A stretch of DNA of 64,000 nucleotides, from the NCBI GenBank assembly GCA_964577535.1, contig CAZNZO010000006.1, positions 24,550 to 88,549 on the forward strand, in the 5' to 3' direction. The position numbers and the translations under genes are program-made. The notes below the pieces were generated by a model. The model was not told the origin of the DNA, made no database searches, and saw only the letters and a list, made by a program, of their open reading frames with translations. This DNA is from an uncultured Oscillospiraceae bacterium. GTDB taxonomy: Bacteria > Bacillota > Clostridia > Christensenellales > CAG-314. This document shows positions 9,726 to 17,637 of this stretch, piece after piece; within the stretch, counting starts at the first letter, position 1, and the number at the start of each line of letters is the position of its first letter.

Positions 9726-10418
9726 TTATTCGTTACGCGGAATAATATATTTCGCTGCATTTTCGAAACGACCATAGTGTTTCTTTGCCTTTTCCAACGC
9801 TTCATTGCCAGAAACGCCTTCGGAAACCAACTTCATCATTACGCCCAAGTTGACGTATTCGTAGCCGATGATTTCGCCGTTTTCGTCCAAAGCACATCTG
9901 GTAACGTAGCCTTCGGCCATTTCCAAATATCTGGGGCCTTTAACCTTTGTGGAATACATTGTGCCAACCTGACTGCGCAGGCCTTTGCCCAAATCTTCCA
10001 AACCGGCGCCAACAGGCAAACCTGCATCGGAAAATGCCGATTGAGTGCGTCCGTAAACAATTTGCAAAAACAGTTCGCGCATTGCAACGTTGATAGCATC
10101 GCAAACAAGGTCGGTGTTCAATGCTTCAAGCAAAGTTTTGCCGGGCAAAATTTCTGCAGCCATTGCAGCAGAGTGAGTCATACCGGAGCAACCGATTGTT
10201 TCTACAAGTGCTTCTTCGATGACGCCTTCTTTGATGTTAAGCGTAAGTTTGCAAGTGCCTTGTTGGGGAGCACAGCAACCGCAACCGTGAGTGAGACCGC
10301 TGATATCTTTGATATCATAGGCTTTTACCCATTTGCCTTCTTCGGGAATGGGAGCGGGACCGTGATTGCAACCCTTTTTCACGCATTGCATAAGTTCTAC
10401 TTCGTGTGAGTATTGCAT
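9726..10418 (-). CDS. NifU/IscU-like Fe-S scaffold-type protein, partner of GGGtGRT
   Basis: Start taken at MQYSHEV (ATG 10418, GGAGGA SD 9 nt upstream). Cys motifs GCGCCAP and GCSGMTHSAAMAAE. The track ORF extends 37 codons further upstream with no support. Confidence 0.7.
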   Translation of the reverse strand: MQYSHEVELMQCVKKGCNHGPAPIPEEGKWVKAYDIKDISGLTHGCGCCAPQQGTCKLTLNIKEGVIEEALVETIGCSGMTHSAAMAAEILPGKTLLEALNTDLVCDAINVAMRELFLQIVYGRTQSAFSDAGLPVGAGLEDLGKGLRSQVGTMYSTKVKGPRYLEMAEGYVTRCALDENGEIIGYEYVNLGVMMKLVSEGVSGNEALEKAKKHYGRFENAAKYIIPRNE

Positions 10419-10455
10419 AGGTGGTTTTATCCTCCAAAAAAAATTTAGCGTTAAA

Positions 10456-10484
10456 ATTATATCACAAACACAAAACAAGTGCAA
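10456..10484 (-). promoter_or_regulatory. sigma-A type promoter of the NifU-like/GGGtGRT operon
   Basis: TTGCAC (10484..10479), 17-nt spacer, TATAAT (10461..10456) with TG at -15/-14. Confidence 0.55.
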
Positions 10485-10630
10485 TGTTTTTGTTGGCAAA
10501 AAAATTATTATCAAAATAGATGCCGCCATAAAATTATTTTATTGTTTGTTTTGGGTGCAAAAGCGTGAGGCAAAACGCTTTTTTGCATATTTGCTTGACT
10601 GCAAACACACGCTTGTGACGCGATTCCAAA

Positions 10631-10875
10631 CCACCACTGCACAAAACGGTGCCAATTGCTTTCCGCACACAAGAATAGTTGCGAGCAGTTGCCAAAACAA
10701 ATTTAGATGCGCACTAAGACAATGTCGTTTTGACATTGATATTATAAGAAAATTGATTTTACGGCCGAAACGGCGCAGTTGCACGAGGTAAAACCCACCA
10801 CTGCATAAAATGTTGCCGATAGCATTACCGTGCGCAAGAACAGTTGCAAGCAGCTAAACAAATTGAAAAGCGCGC
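10631..10875. repeat. two degenerate ~84-bp direct repeats, period 164 bp, in a non-coding spacer
   Basis: 10631..10714 CCACCACTGCACAAAACGGTGCCAATTGC...AGTTGCGAGCAG aligns with 10795..10875 CCACCACTGCATAAAATGTTGCCGATAGC...AGTTGCAAGCAG at roughly 75% identity by eye. Confidence 0.6.
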
Positions 10876-11052
10876 GAAAAAAAGTTTCCGCGGCTGTTTG
10901 CAAACAAACGCAAACAGTTGAAAAACTTGCCTCTAGCAAAACAATTGGAACTTTCGCGTGGTGCACAAAGATTTTTCTTTCCCAAAACAGCCGCAATTGC
11001 CTGCCATAACACACGGTGCCACTTTTTGCGCAACAAAACAATCCCAAACAGG

Positions 11053-11080
11053 TGCAATCAGGCAAATTTTGTGGTACAAT
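11053..11080 (+). promoter_or_regulatory. promoter of barnase-barstar operon
   Basis: TGCAAT, 16-nt spacer, TACAAT (11075..11080) with TG at 11072..11073. Confidence 0.45.
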
Positions 11081-11095
11081 GCCTGCGAGGTTATT

Positions 11096-11659
11096 ATGAA
11101 AAAGTACTTGAAAATTTTTGCGCTGCTGCTAACACTTTTGTTTGTTTTTGCGGCATGCGTGCCCACACCGCCGGTAACCGACCCCGACGGCACAATTGAA
11201 CAGCCGTCCACTCCGGAACAGCCGTCCACTCCGGATACACCGGATACACCCACCACTCCAACCACTCCAACCGAGGAACCGTTTGAAAACTACGGAAAGA
11301 AAGTTATTGATATCTATCTTTCCAACGTGAACGTTGAAAAGGGCGGAAAATATACTTCCATGGAGCAAGTTGCCGCTCACATATATTTGTTTCACTGCTT
11401 GCCATCCAACTTTATGGTGAAAAAGGACTTTCGCAAAAACACCTACACTTCCGAAAACATGTTGAGCACCGGTGGCGACAGGTTCTACAACAAGGAAGGA
11501 TTTTTGCCCACCGCCGCAGGCAGAACGTACACCGAGTGCGACATAGACTACACGGGCGGATCGAGAAACGCCAAACGAATTGTTTATTCTTCCGATTGGC
11601 TTATTTTCTACACCTCCGATCACTACGAAACGTTCAGCATTTTGAGGTTTCATCCATGA
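11096..11659 (+). CDS. barnase-family secreted ribonuclease, lipoprotein form
   Basis: Start at MKKYLKIF (GAGG SD). Lipobox LFVFAAC, then a Pro/Thr-rich linker. The C-terminus GGDRFYNKEGFLPTAAGRTYTECDIDYTGGSRNAKRIVYSSDWLIFYTSDHYETF aligns with barnase ...GGDIFSNREGKLPGKSGRTWREADINYTSGFRNSDRILYSSDWLIYKTTDHYQTF, and the catalytic E, R, R and H are conserved. Confidence 0.9.
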   Translation: MKKYLKIFALLLTLLFVFAACVPTPPVTDPDGTIEQPSTPEQPSTPDTPDTPTTPTTPTEEPFENYGKKVIDIYLSNVNVEKGGKYTSMEQVAAHIYLFHCLPSNFMVKKDFRKNTYTSENMLSTGGDRFYNKEGFLPTAAGRTYTECDIDYTGGSRNAKRIVYSSDWLIFYTSDHYETFSILRFHP

Positions 11660-11904
11660 GAAAATTCACACTTGATTGTGCCGTTTTGACGGACAAAAAA
11701 TTGTTGCTGGAACAAATGTCGAAGATTTTTGAAGGTATGTATGCGCTAAATTATGATGCGTTTATTGATGCCGCAACTTTTTGCGACGAAAAAACTTTGC
11801 TGGAATTTTTGCATTTTGAAAAGTTTGAAAACCCGTGCAACTTGCAAGAAGTGTTAGAAATAATCCGCAACGAAAACCCGGACGTAGATTTTGAAATTGG
11901 TTAA
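11656..11904 (+). CDS. barstar-like ribonuclease inhibitor
   Basis: 82 aa, acidic. ATGA overlap with the barnase stop. YALNYDAFIDAA matches barstar YGENLDALWDCL, including the key Asp. Confidence 0.75.
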   Translation: MRKFTLDCAVLTDKKLLLEQMSKIFEGMYALNYDAFIDAATFCDEKTLLEFLHFEKFENPCNLQEVLEIIRNENPDVDFEIG

Positions 11905-12175
11905 GCCCTGCCACCACTTTCGACAAGCAAACAATGGCCACTAAAAAAATAAAATTTGAAATGGGCAAAAGTTGAGCAACACCAAATGAAGCAAAGCGCC
12001 GGTATGGCCACCAAACTGCGGCGCAAATTTGCAACGCAACCTGCGTATTGCCGCAATTCCAAAACGACTTTGCGCACTGCCCACTTTGTGGAAGTGCCAC
12101 TAAATGCCCCGCCCCTGGGCAAAGTGAACGACGGGCAAAGTTGCAAAATTTCAACAAACAACAAATATTTTCACA

Positions 12176-12223
12176 CAAAAAAATGCACCCGAAAAAGTCT
12201 TTAACTTTTGGGGTGCATTTTTG
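12176..12223. terminator. bidirectional rho-independent terminator
   Basis: AAAAAAATGCACCCGAAAAAGT-CTTTA-ACTTTTGGGGTGCATTTTT: long hairpin with an A-run and a T-run on its flanks, sitting between convergent units. Confidence 0.75.
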
Positions 12224-12257
12224 ATGCTAGCGATAAATTTTGTTTGGCCAACGCTAT

Positions 12258-12620
12258 TCATAAAGTATGTTCGTCAAAAAAGACAAAGCAATCGTCCTCA
12301 TTCTTTTTTTCGAACATAATGCAAAGGTGCGGTACTTCATTTTTGTAAACGCTCTTTTTTAGCGTTACAATTTCGCGCACGTAGCCAACAATAATTTGCT
12401 TTTGTTCAAGGGTTAGTTCGGCCGTGTGGTAGATTGTGACAATTTCGTCGGTTAAATCCAAACTGACAAAATCGCTTCTGTCGCGTCTTTCAACAGTAAA
12501 AAACAAATAATCGTCAAGCTGTTCGTCAACATATTTTTCCAAGTTAGCCAAACCCTTTTTGACAGACGTTTGCTTGTAGGGGTCGTCAAAAACATAGTGA
12601 TCTAGTCGTACTGCAAACAT
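12258..12620 (-). CDS. hypothetical acidic protein (120 aa)
   Basis: Start at MFAVRLDH (ATG 12620, GGAGGTGG SD). No family recognised. The upstream 96 codons of the track ORF cross a promoter and a terminator. Confidence 0.55.
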   Translation of the reverse strand: MFAVRLDHYVFDDPYKQTSVKKGLANLEKYVDEQLDDYLFFTVERRDRSDFVSLDLTDEIVTIYHTAELTLEQKQIIVGYVREIVTLKKSVYKNEVPHLCIMFEKKNEDDCFVFFDEHTL

Positions 12621-12641
12621 ATTCCACCTCCGTGTGCCACA

Positions 12642-12670
12642 ATTATACACCTTGCACGGCAACTTTTCAA
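12642..12670 (-). promoter_or_regulatory. sigma-A type promoter
   Basis: TTGAAA (12670..12665), 17-nt spacer, TATAAT (12647..12642). Confidence 0.6.
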
Positions 12671-12720
12671 TACCGCAAAAACATTTTTTGCCCACCACTG
12701 CAAAGTTTTTGGTAAAAATG

Positions 12721-12757
12721 GTGAAGAAAAAGAAAAAGGAATGGCAAAAAACATTCC
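12721..12757 (-). terminator. rho-independent terminator
   Basis: Minus strand GGAATG-TTTTTTGC-CATTCC followed by TTTTTCTTTTTCTTC. Confidence 0.6.
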
Positions 12758-12862
12758 TTTGGGGCGACCACAATACTGATGCACTTTTGAGCGGAAAAAT
12801 AACCGAGGGGGAATGTTGGAGATATAAAAGAAAAAACATACTGGTCAAATAATTCAAAAAAG

Positions 12863-13027
12863 CGCCATCATCAAGGCGAATGCCTTGCATATCATCAATG
12901 CGTAGCATTGCATATCATCAATTTCGCAGAAATTGCATATCATCAAGCCGCACAATATGCACGGCTTTGCCGTGATGATATACGTCAGCGTTCCGCTGCC
13001 AATGATATGCCAAGCCTTGCGGCTTGG
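12863..13027 (-). repeat. array of six distinct short hairpins joined by a constant 8-nt linker
   Basis: Plus strand: CAAGGC-GAAT-GCCTTG (12872..12887), CATATCAT, CAATGC-GTA-GCATTG (12896..12910), CATATCAT, CAATTTC-GCA-GAAATTG (12919..12935), CATATCAT, imperfect CAAGCCGCACA-ATA-TGCACGGCTTTG (12944..12969), inverted linker ATGATATA (12975..12982), CAGCG-TTC-CGCTG (12986..12998), inverted linker ATGATATG (13002..13009), CCAAGCC-TTGC-GGCTTGG (13010..13027). Confidence 0.85.
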
Positions 13028-13029
13028 AT

Positions 13030-13059
13030 AAAAAAAATCCACCAGCTGTGCTGATGGAT
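13030..13059 (-). terminator. rho-independent terminator of tRNA-Val
   Basis: Minus strand ATCCATCAG-CACAG-CTGGTGGAT followed by TTTTTTT. The U-G wobble pairs only in the minus-strand RNA. Confidence 0.8.
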
Positions 13060-13064
13060 TTTTT

Positions 13065-13141
13065 TGGTAGAGACAGTAGGACTCGAACCTACGACCTCTC
13101 GCATGTGAAGCGAGCGCTCTAACCAACTGAGCTATGCCTCC
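13065..13141 (-). tRNA. tRNA-Val (anticodon CAC), CCA encoded
   Basis: GGAGGCATAGCTCAGTTGGTTAGAGCGCTCGCTTCACATGCGAGAGGTCGTAGGTTCGAGTCCTACTGTCTCTACCA folds as a cloverleaf by hand. Anticodon loop TTCACAT, T-loop GGTTCGAGTCC. Confidence 0.93.
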
Positions 13142-13154
13142 AAATGGTGCTTAT

Positions 13155-13183
13155 ACAATACTCTCATTTTGAAAATTTAGCAA
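13155..13183 (-). promoter_or_regulatory. promoter of tRNA-Val
   Basis: TTGCTA (13183..13178), 17-nt spacer, TATTGT (13160..13155); 13 nt before the tRNA 5' end. Confidence 0.45.
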
Positions 13184-13270
13184 ACGTTTTGCCACAATTT
13201 TTAAAAAAATTTTGTTATAAGCATCTAAAATTAGTGCTTGAAGCCATTAAGCAAGCGAAAAATTTGCCTG

Positions 13271-13471
13271 CTATGCTTCCAAATCATTCAAACTGATGCC
13301 GTTGGCAATGCAAAAATCCGCAAACGCTTTTTGCGCTTTATAGTTGGGGTGGCACTTGCCTGCTTCCCACCTGTTAACCGTAGCAAAAGCAACGCCCAGT
13401 TCCTTTGCCATCATTTCTTGGCTCAAATACAATTTTTTTCTGACGTACTTAACTTTGTCTTTGAATTCCAT
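13271..13471 (-). CDS. XRE-family helix-turn-helix transcriptional regulator (66 aa)
   Basis: Start at MEFKDK (GGAGG SD). LSQEMMAKELGVAFATVNRWEAG is a typical HTH_3 motif. Confidence 0.8.
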   Translation of the reverse strand: MEFKDKVKYVRKKLYLSQEMMAKELGVAFATVNRWEAGKCHPNYKAQKAFADFCIANGISLNDLEA

Positions 13472-13585
13472 TTTTACCTCCGCACAACAGTGCTCTATCA
13501 CGATGCAAATTATACCACAGTTTGCGTTTTTTCGCAATGAAATAGGCTTTCAAGTTACTTTCAGTTTTCGCAGTCAAACAACCGT

Positions 13586-14467
13586 TTATTCTTGCTTTTG
13601 TTGCGCCTGTTCAATGCGTTTTTGGGCATTGGCAAAATAGCGTTCGTAGGCCTTTTTGCAATACTTGGGGCGTTTGCAAACCTGGTTTTCGTCGGGATTT
13701 TCGAAATTGTAGGTTCCGTTGACGCGCCAACCGTTCAAAATGCCTATTTTTATGGCATCCTTGGGGCAAGAAAAGGAACATCTGGTGCACATAATGCACT
13801 TGTTGCCAAAGCGGAATTTGCCGCTTTTTTCGTCGTAGGAAATGTTGCCGACAGGGCAATTATTCACGCACTTCATGCATTTTACGCACTGCTTCTTCAC
13901 CTTGAAAAACTTGCCGTTAACCTTCATTGCGCCGTGTTCAATGCGAAGCACCCACGAAAACAGCCTGCCAAACACAGGGCGTTTCAGCAAGCAAATTTTG
14001 CCATCCAAAACGTCGCAAACATCCAAACTGATTAGTGCTTGCGCCGTTTGCCACATTTTTTGCGCTTGCAAATCGGTGTGGCGGAAAATCATGTTATATG
14101 GCATCACGTAGTGATATTCGTTGGTTAGTTTGCCAAAACCACGCTTTTTAAGCTTGTCGCAAAGGTGAATGGACGAAACGTTGTTTATTGCAAGCGGTTC
14201 GCCGGAAGTTTTGACAATGAAATAGTTTTTGCCCGTTTGTTGCGGCAACTTGCGCACAAACTTATACATAACGTAGGGCGCGTTGAACGCATGGATTGGA
14301 TAGGCAAAGCCAACCAAATTGAAGTTGACGGGGCTGGGAATTTCTGCGCTGGAAGTGATATCGAACAGCAAGCATTGCACGCCGTGTTGTTCAAAACAAG
14401 TTTTGTAGCAGTTGCAAGCCTTCAACGTGTTTCCCGTTCCGGAAAAATAGTAGATTATTGCGTTCAT
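13586..14467 (-). CDS. flavodoxin-like / 4Fe-4S dicluster ferredoxin fusion (EFR1-like)
   Basis: Start at MNAIIYYFSGTGNT (flavodoxin-like). CVKCMKCVNNCP and CIMCTRCSFSCP are ferredoxin motifs. 1-nt overlap with the upstream stop. Confidence 0.7.
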   Translation of the reverse strand: MNAIIYYFSGTGNTLKACNCYKTCFEQHGVQCLLFDITSSAEIPSPVNFNLVGFAYPIHAFNAPYVMYKFVRKLPQQTGKNYFIVKTSGEPLAINNVSSIHLCDKLKKRGFGKLTNEYHYVMPYNMIFRHTDLQAQKMWQTAQALISLDVCDVLDGKICLLKRPVFGRLFSWVLRIEHGAMKVNGKFFKVKKQCVKCMKCVNNCPVGNISYDEKSGKFRFGNKCIMCTRCSFSCPKDAIKIGILNGWRVNGTYNFENPDENQVCKRPKYCKKAYERYFANAQKRIEQAQQKQE

Positions 14468-16017
14468 TATTTTTTCCTTTCGAAATGAGCGTTGAAATCT
14501 TGGTCGAGCCAATATTTGCAGTCTTCGTCCTTTTCGTGGCTGTCGTACCACACTTGGGCATAGAACGGGTTGCCTTTTGCCAAACGGTCGTAGTCCCAAA
14601 CGTAGCGTTTATTGCATTCGGGACACCAGTGGCCGGCTTTCAAAACAGAAAAGGCCGTAAGTTCAAATTCGTGCCCGTCTTGGCAACGCCAAACAAGTTT
14701 TTGGAACAAATTTCCCTTTTGGAAGCTAGTGGAAACAAGTTCGCCACCGCGGAAGGCGGCTGCTTGGCGCAAATCGTCGATGGTGATATCTTCGTCGCGT
14801 TTTGTTTCGTCATAGCCGTGCGAAAGCAGTTTTGCGTTTTGGGGGTCGCGCAGCGCCTCGTAGTCGATATCCGAACCATCGGGCAGTTTGCCTTTGCAAA
14901 GCAAGTTGAAATCCTGCCAGCGGCTGGAAAGGTGACAATCTTCTTCCTTGGCGCCAAAATATGCACACTTGCGTCCTTCGTCGTTGTTTTTTATCCAACG
15001 TCTGGGTGAGTTTTTATCCTTCAACAGTGGCATAATTGCCAAACCGGAAATAACTTTTGGAGGAATGATTTTTGCAACGGCATAGTATTTGTGGTTGCTT
15101 AGAATTTCCTTCCAGTAGTCGTCGACACTTTCTGTTTGATAGTGGAACAGGTCGTCCAAAACGTGTCCATCCCAAAACCAAACGCCGTGGAAATTGCGTG
15201 CGGCGTTCCAGTGCGGCTTCATGAATTTTTCCGTAGAACCGCCAATAATTTTGAAACCGCCATCAAAAACTTCGTAGCCAGTGATGCGGTTTGCAGCCGG
15301 GCCGCCAAGGTTATAGATGTTGTTCCAAAACTCTTCCACTTCGCCTTTGCAATCGCGTTCCACAATGTTGCCCATAAGTCGGCCGCTATCGCGCGCCGTT
15401 ACCCATTCCAACGGGGCGTTGTAGCAGGTGTGGAACATAAGACCATCCGAAAGGTTATCGGTGAGCATGCGGTTGTGCAACATGGCCGTTTGACGAATAA
15501 CCGCCCACTTTTTCAGGCCGGCTTCCAAAACGTAGCGTTCGCCCTCCAACTTGGAAATGGCGTAGGGATCGTATGCACTGGGCAAAAGGGGATCGCCCAC
15601 TCTGCCGAATGGGTGAACGTGGTTGCGGTTGCCATATAGCGCTACAGTGGAAATGTGCACGAATTTGGGCTGATTGGGCAATTCCAAAACGGCATCCACC
15701 ATTGCTTTGGTGCCAAAATAGTTTGCCTTGTCCGAAAGGTCGGGGCGTTGGTCGGATTTGGGCGGAATTACTGCCGCCATGTGAATGACGTAGGCAACAT
15801 CCTTCACCAGTGCGCGGCAAGAATCGATATTGGAAGTATCGCCGACAATCATAACCGCCTTGCCAGCATGAGCCTTTTGCAATTTTTTGCCACGCTTAAT
15901 TTCCGAAGGCAAACACAAAAAGAAAACTTTATCCACTGCATCCAGTTTGCAAAGGAAATTGAGCGTTTCTTTGCCCATGTTGCCTGTTGCGCCTGTCACT
16001 GCCACGTTAAAACTCAT
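14467..16017 (-). CDS. NAD-dependent epimerase/dehydratase-family protein with C-terminal Cys-rich extension
   Basis: 516 aa. Rossmann VAVTGATGNMGKE. About 180 aa of unassigned C-terminal region containing CQDGHEF...HWCPEC. Confidence 0.65.
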   Translation of the reverse strand: MSFNVAVTGATGNMGKETLNFLCKLDAVDKVFFLCLPSEIKRGKKLQKAHAGKAVMIVGDTSNIDSCRALVKDVAYVIHMAAVIPPKSDQRPDLSDKANYFGTKAMVDAVLELPNQPKFVHISTVALYGNRNHVHPFGRVGDPLLPSAYDPYAISKLEGERYVLEAGLKKWAVIRQTAMLHNRMLTDNLSDGLMFHTCYNAPLEWVTARDSGRLMGNIVERDCKGEVEEFWNNIYNLGGPAANRITGYEVFDGGFKIIGGSTEKFMKPHWNAARNFHGVWFWDGHVLDDLFHYQTESVDDYWKEILSNHKYYAVAKIIPPKVISGLAIMPLLKDKNSPRRWIKNNDEGRKCAYFGAKEEDCHLSSRWQDFNLLCKGKLPDGSDIDYEALRDPQNAKLLSHGYDETKRDEDITIDDLRQAAAFRGGELVSTSFQKGNLFQKLVWRCQDGHEFELTAFSVLKAGHWCPECNKRYVWDYDRLAKGNPFYAQVWYDSHEKDEDCKYWLDQDFNAHFERKK

Positions 16018-16078
16018 AAAAAATCTCCTCTTTTGCGATATACCAAATTATATAACAAATTGGTAAACTCTAAGTAAA

Positions 16079-16107
16079 ATTATACAATAAATGCCCAACT
16101 TTGACAA
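16079..16107 (-). promoter_or_regulatory. sigma-A type promoter
   Basis: TTGTCA (16107..16102), 17-nt spacer, TATAAT (16084..16079). Confidence 0.55.
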
Positions 16108-16291
16108 CGATAAGTTGCAATTCCGTGCAAAAAAAATTGCAACGGTTGCGTGCTGTTTCAAGAAAATTGCACTACGTCACCTGTTTTTTGCGTCCACCAC
16201 TTGTTTTGCCGTCGGCAACAAATACACAACGGACACAGCAAAAGACGAAATAACAAAAACAATGGATGCAAAACATCGCAATTTCACAATG

Positions 16292-16316
16292 AAAAAGGCC
16301 GTGGAAAACCACGGCC
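16292..16316 (-). terminator. rho-independent terminator after chrA pair
   Basis: Minus strand GGCCGTGG-TTTT-CCACGGCC followed by TTTTTC. Confidence 0.75.
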
Positions 16317-16325
16317 AAACAAAAA

Positions 16326-16949
16326 CTATTGAACCACTTCGAACACACCGAAAACCACAATGCCCACAACGGCCGCCAACAAAATAAGCCAGATGGGGTG
16401 CACCTTTTTACCCTTTATTTTAACTTTGGAAAGGGGGAAGAATGTGCAAATGATAATAAGCGAAATCCAGTTGAATTGCGAAAAACCATCGGCAGAAATG
16501 TTTGTTAGATCCAAGTTGGGCAACACCACAGCGCACGCAACGGAAACAACCGCCGATAGCACCAATCCCACAACAACCGGTCTTATGCCATACAAAACGT
16601 TTTGAACATATTTGTTGGTTTTGAACTTTTCGAACACCTTTGTGACAACGACAATTATCACCAAAGACGGCAAAACCACGGCAAAAGTTGCCGTTAGGGC
16701 GCCCAAGAATCCACCAAAAACGCCCAGCGAAGTTTTGGAACCGACGGTTACACCAACGAAAGTTGCCAAGTTGATGGCAAAGGGGCCGGGGGTGGATTCC
16801 GCCACGGCAATGAAGTTGATAACTTCCGTGCCGGTTAGCCATTGATGGCGTGCAATTGCTTGTTGCACCATGGGCAACATTGCATATCCGCCGCCTATTG
16901 TGAACAAACCTATTTGAAAATATTCCCAAAACAGCCACAAGAATTCCAT
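16326..16949 (-). CDS. chrA: chromate transporter family protein (C-terminal-type half)
   Basis: 207 aa. GLFTIGGGYAMLPM motif, polytopic. Confidence 0.8.
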   Translation of the reverse strand: MEFLWLFWEYFQIGLFTIGGGYAMLPMVQQAIARHQWLTGTEVINFIAVAESTPGPFAINLATFVGVTVGSKTSLGVFGGFLGALTATFAVVLPSLVIIVVVTKVFEKFKTNKYVQNVLYGIRPVVVGLVLSAVVSVACAVVLPNLDLTNISADGFSQFNWISLIIICTFFPLSKVKIKGKKVHPIWLILLAAVVGIVVFGVFEVVQ

Positions 16950-17620
16950 TATTTATCCTCCTTGTCGCATGCGGAAGAATCGTCCGTTACCACGCAATTT
17001 TCGTCACGATCGGCAACTTCCACCTTTTCCAACGGAAGTTGCTGTTGCTTAGCCTCTTTGACAGAGACTTTTTCCCAAACAAACTTATAGATAACGCCCA
17101 ATGCGCCACCAATAAGAATGACGAAAATAACGTTGAAGTTTGTGAATGTGGCCACTGCAAACGCCGCAACCAACAACACTATGGAAAACACACTTATTTC
17201 TAGCTGTTTGGAAAGTTTTGTGAATGCGTTGACAATCAAAATTGTTACGCATGCTTGAATTCCCGTGAAGGCCGCTTTGTACCATTTGTTATCTTGAAAT
17301 GCCGAAAGGGCAAAAGACAAACCGAAGATGATGGCAAAGGAGGGCAACACAACACCCAGCGTTGCAACAAGCGCACCCCAAACGCCGTGCGTGCGGTATC
17401 CCACCGACGTGGCCGAGTTTACGGCAATGACACCGGGGGTAGATTCGGCAATAACGATGATATCCAACATATCCTGAGAAGTTATCCACTTCTTTTTGGC
17501 AACAAGTTCTTCTTCCAAAATGGCAATCATTGCGTATCCGCCGCCAAAGGTGAATGCGCCCACTTTGAAGAAAGTCCAGAACAATTGCCACAAACCAACT
17601 TCGTACTTTTTGTTTTTCAT
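16949..17620 (-). CDS. chrA: chromate transporter family protein (N-terminal-type half)
   Basis: 223 aa. GAFTFGGGYAMIAILE motif. Overlaps the partner gene by 1 nt. Confidence 0.8.
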   Translation of the reverse strand: MKNKKYEVGLWQLFWTFFKVGAFTFGGGYAMIAILEEELVAKKKWITSQDMLDIIVIAESTPGVIAVNSATSVGYRTHGVWGALVATLGVVLPSFAIIFGLSFALSAFQDNKWYKAAFTGIQACVTILIVNAFTKLSKQLEISVFSIVLLVAAFAVATFTNFNVIFVILIGGALGVIYKFVWEKVSVKEAKQQQLPLEKVEVADRDENCVVTDDSSACDKEDK

Positions 17621-17637
17621 TTTGTCTCTCTTAAATA

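Noticed and set aside
12863-13027. CRISPR-like mini-array or integron attC sites
   Set aside because: The constant part is only 8 nt, the variable parts are 13-26-nt palindromes, and there are no cas or integrase genes.
12854-13126. 90-aa ORF
   Set aside because: It is read straight through tRNA-Val, its terminator and the hairpin array. Its repetitive LMIC peptide is just the translated DNA repeat.
10419-13540. Integrated genomic island or prophage remnant at tRNA-Val
   Set aside because: There is no integrase or recombinase, and I saw no direct repeat of the tRNA 3' end that would mark a distal att site. Only barnase/barstar and one hypothetical gene look accessory.
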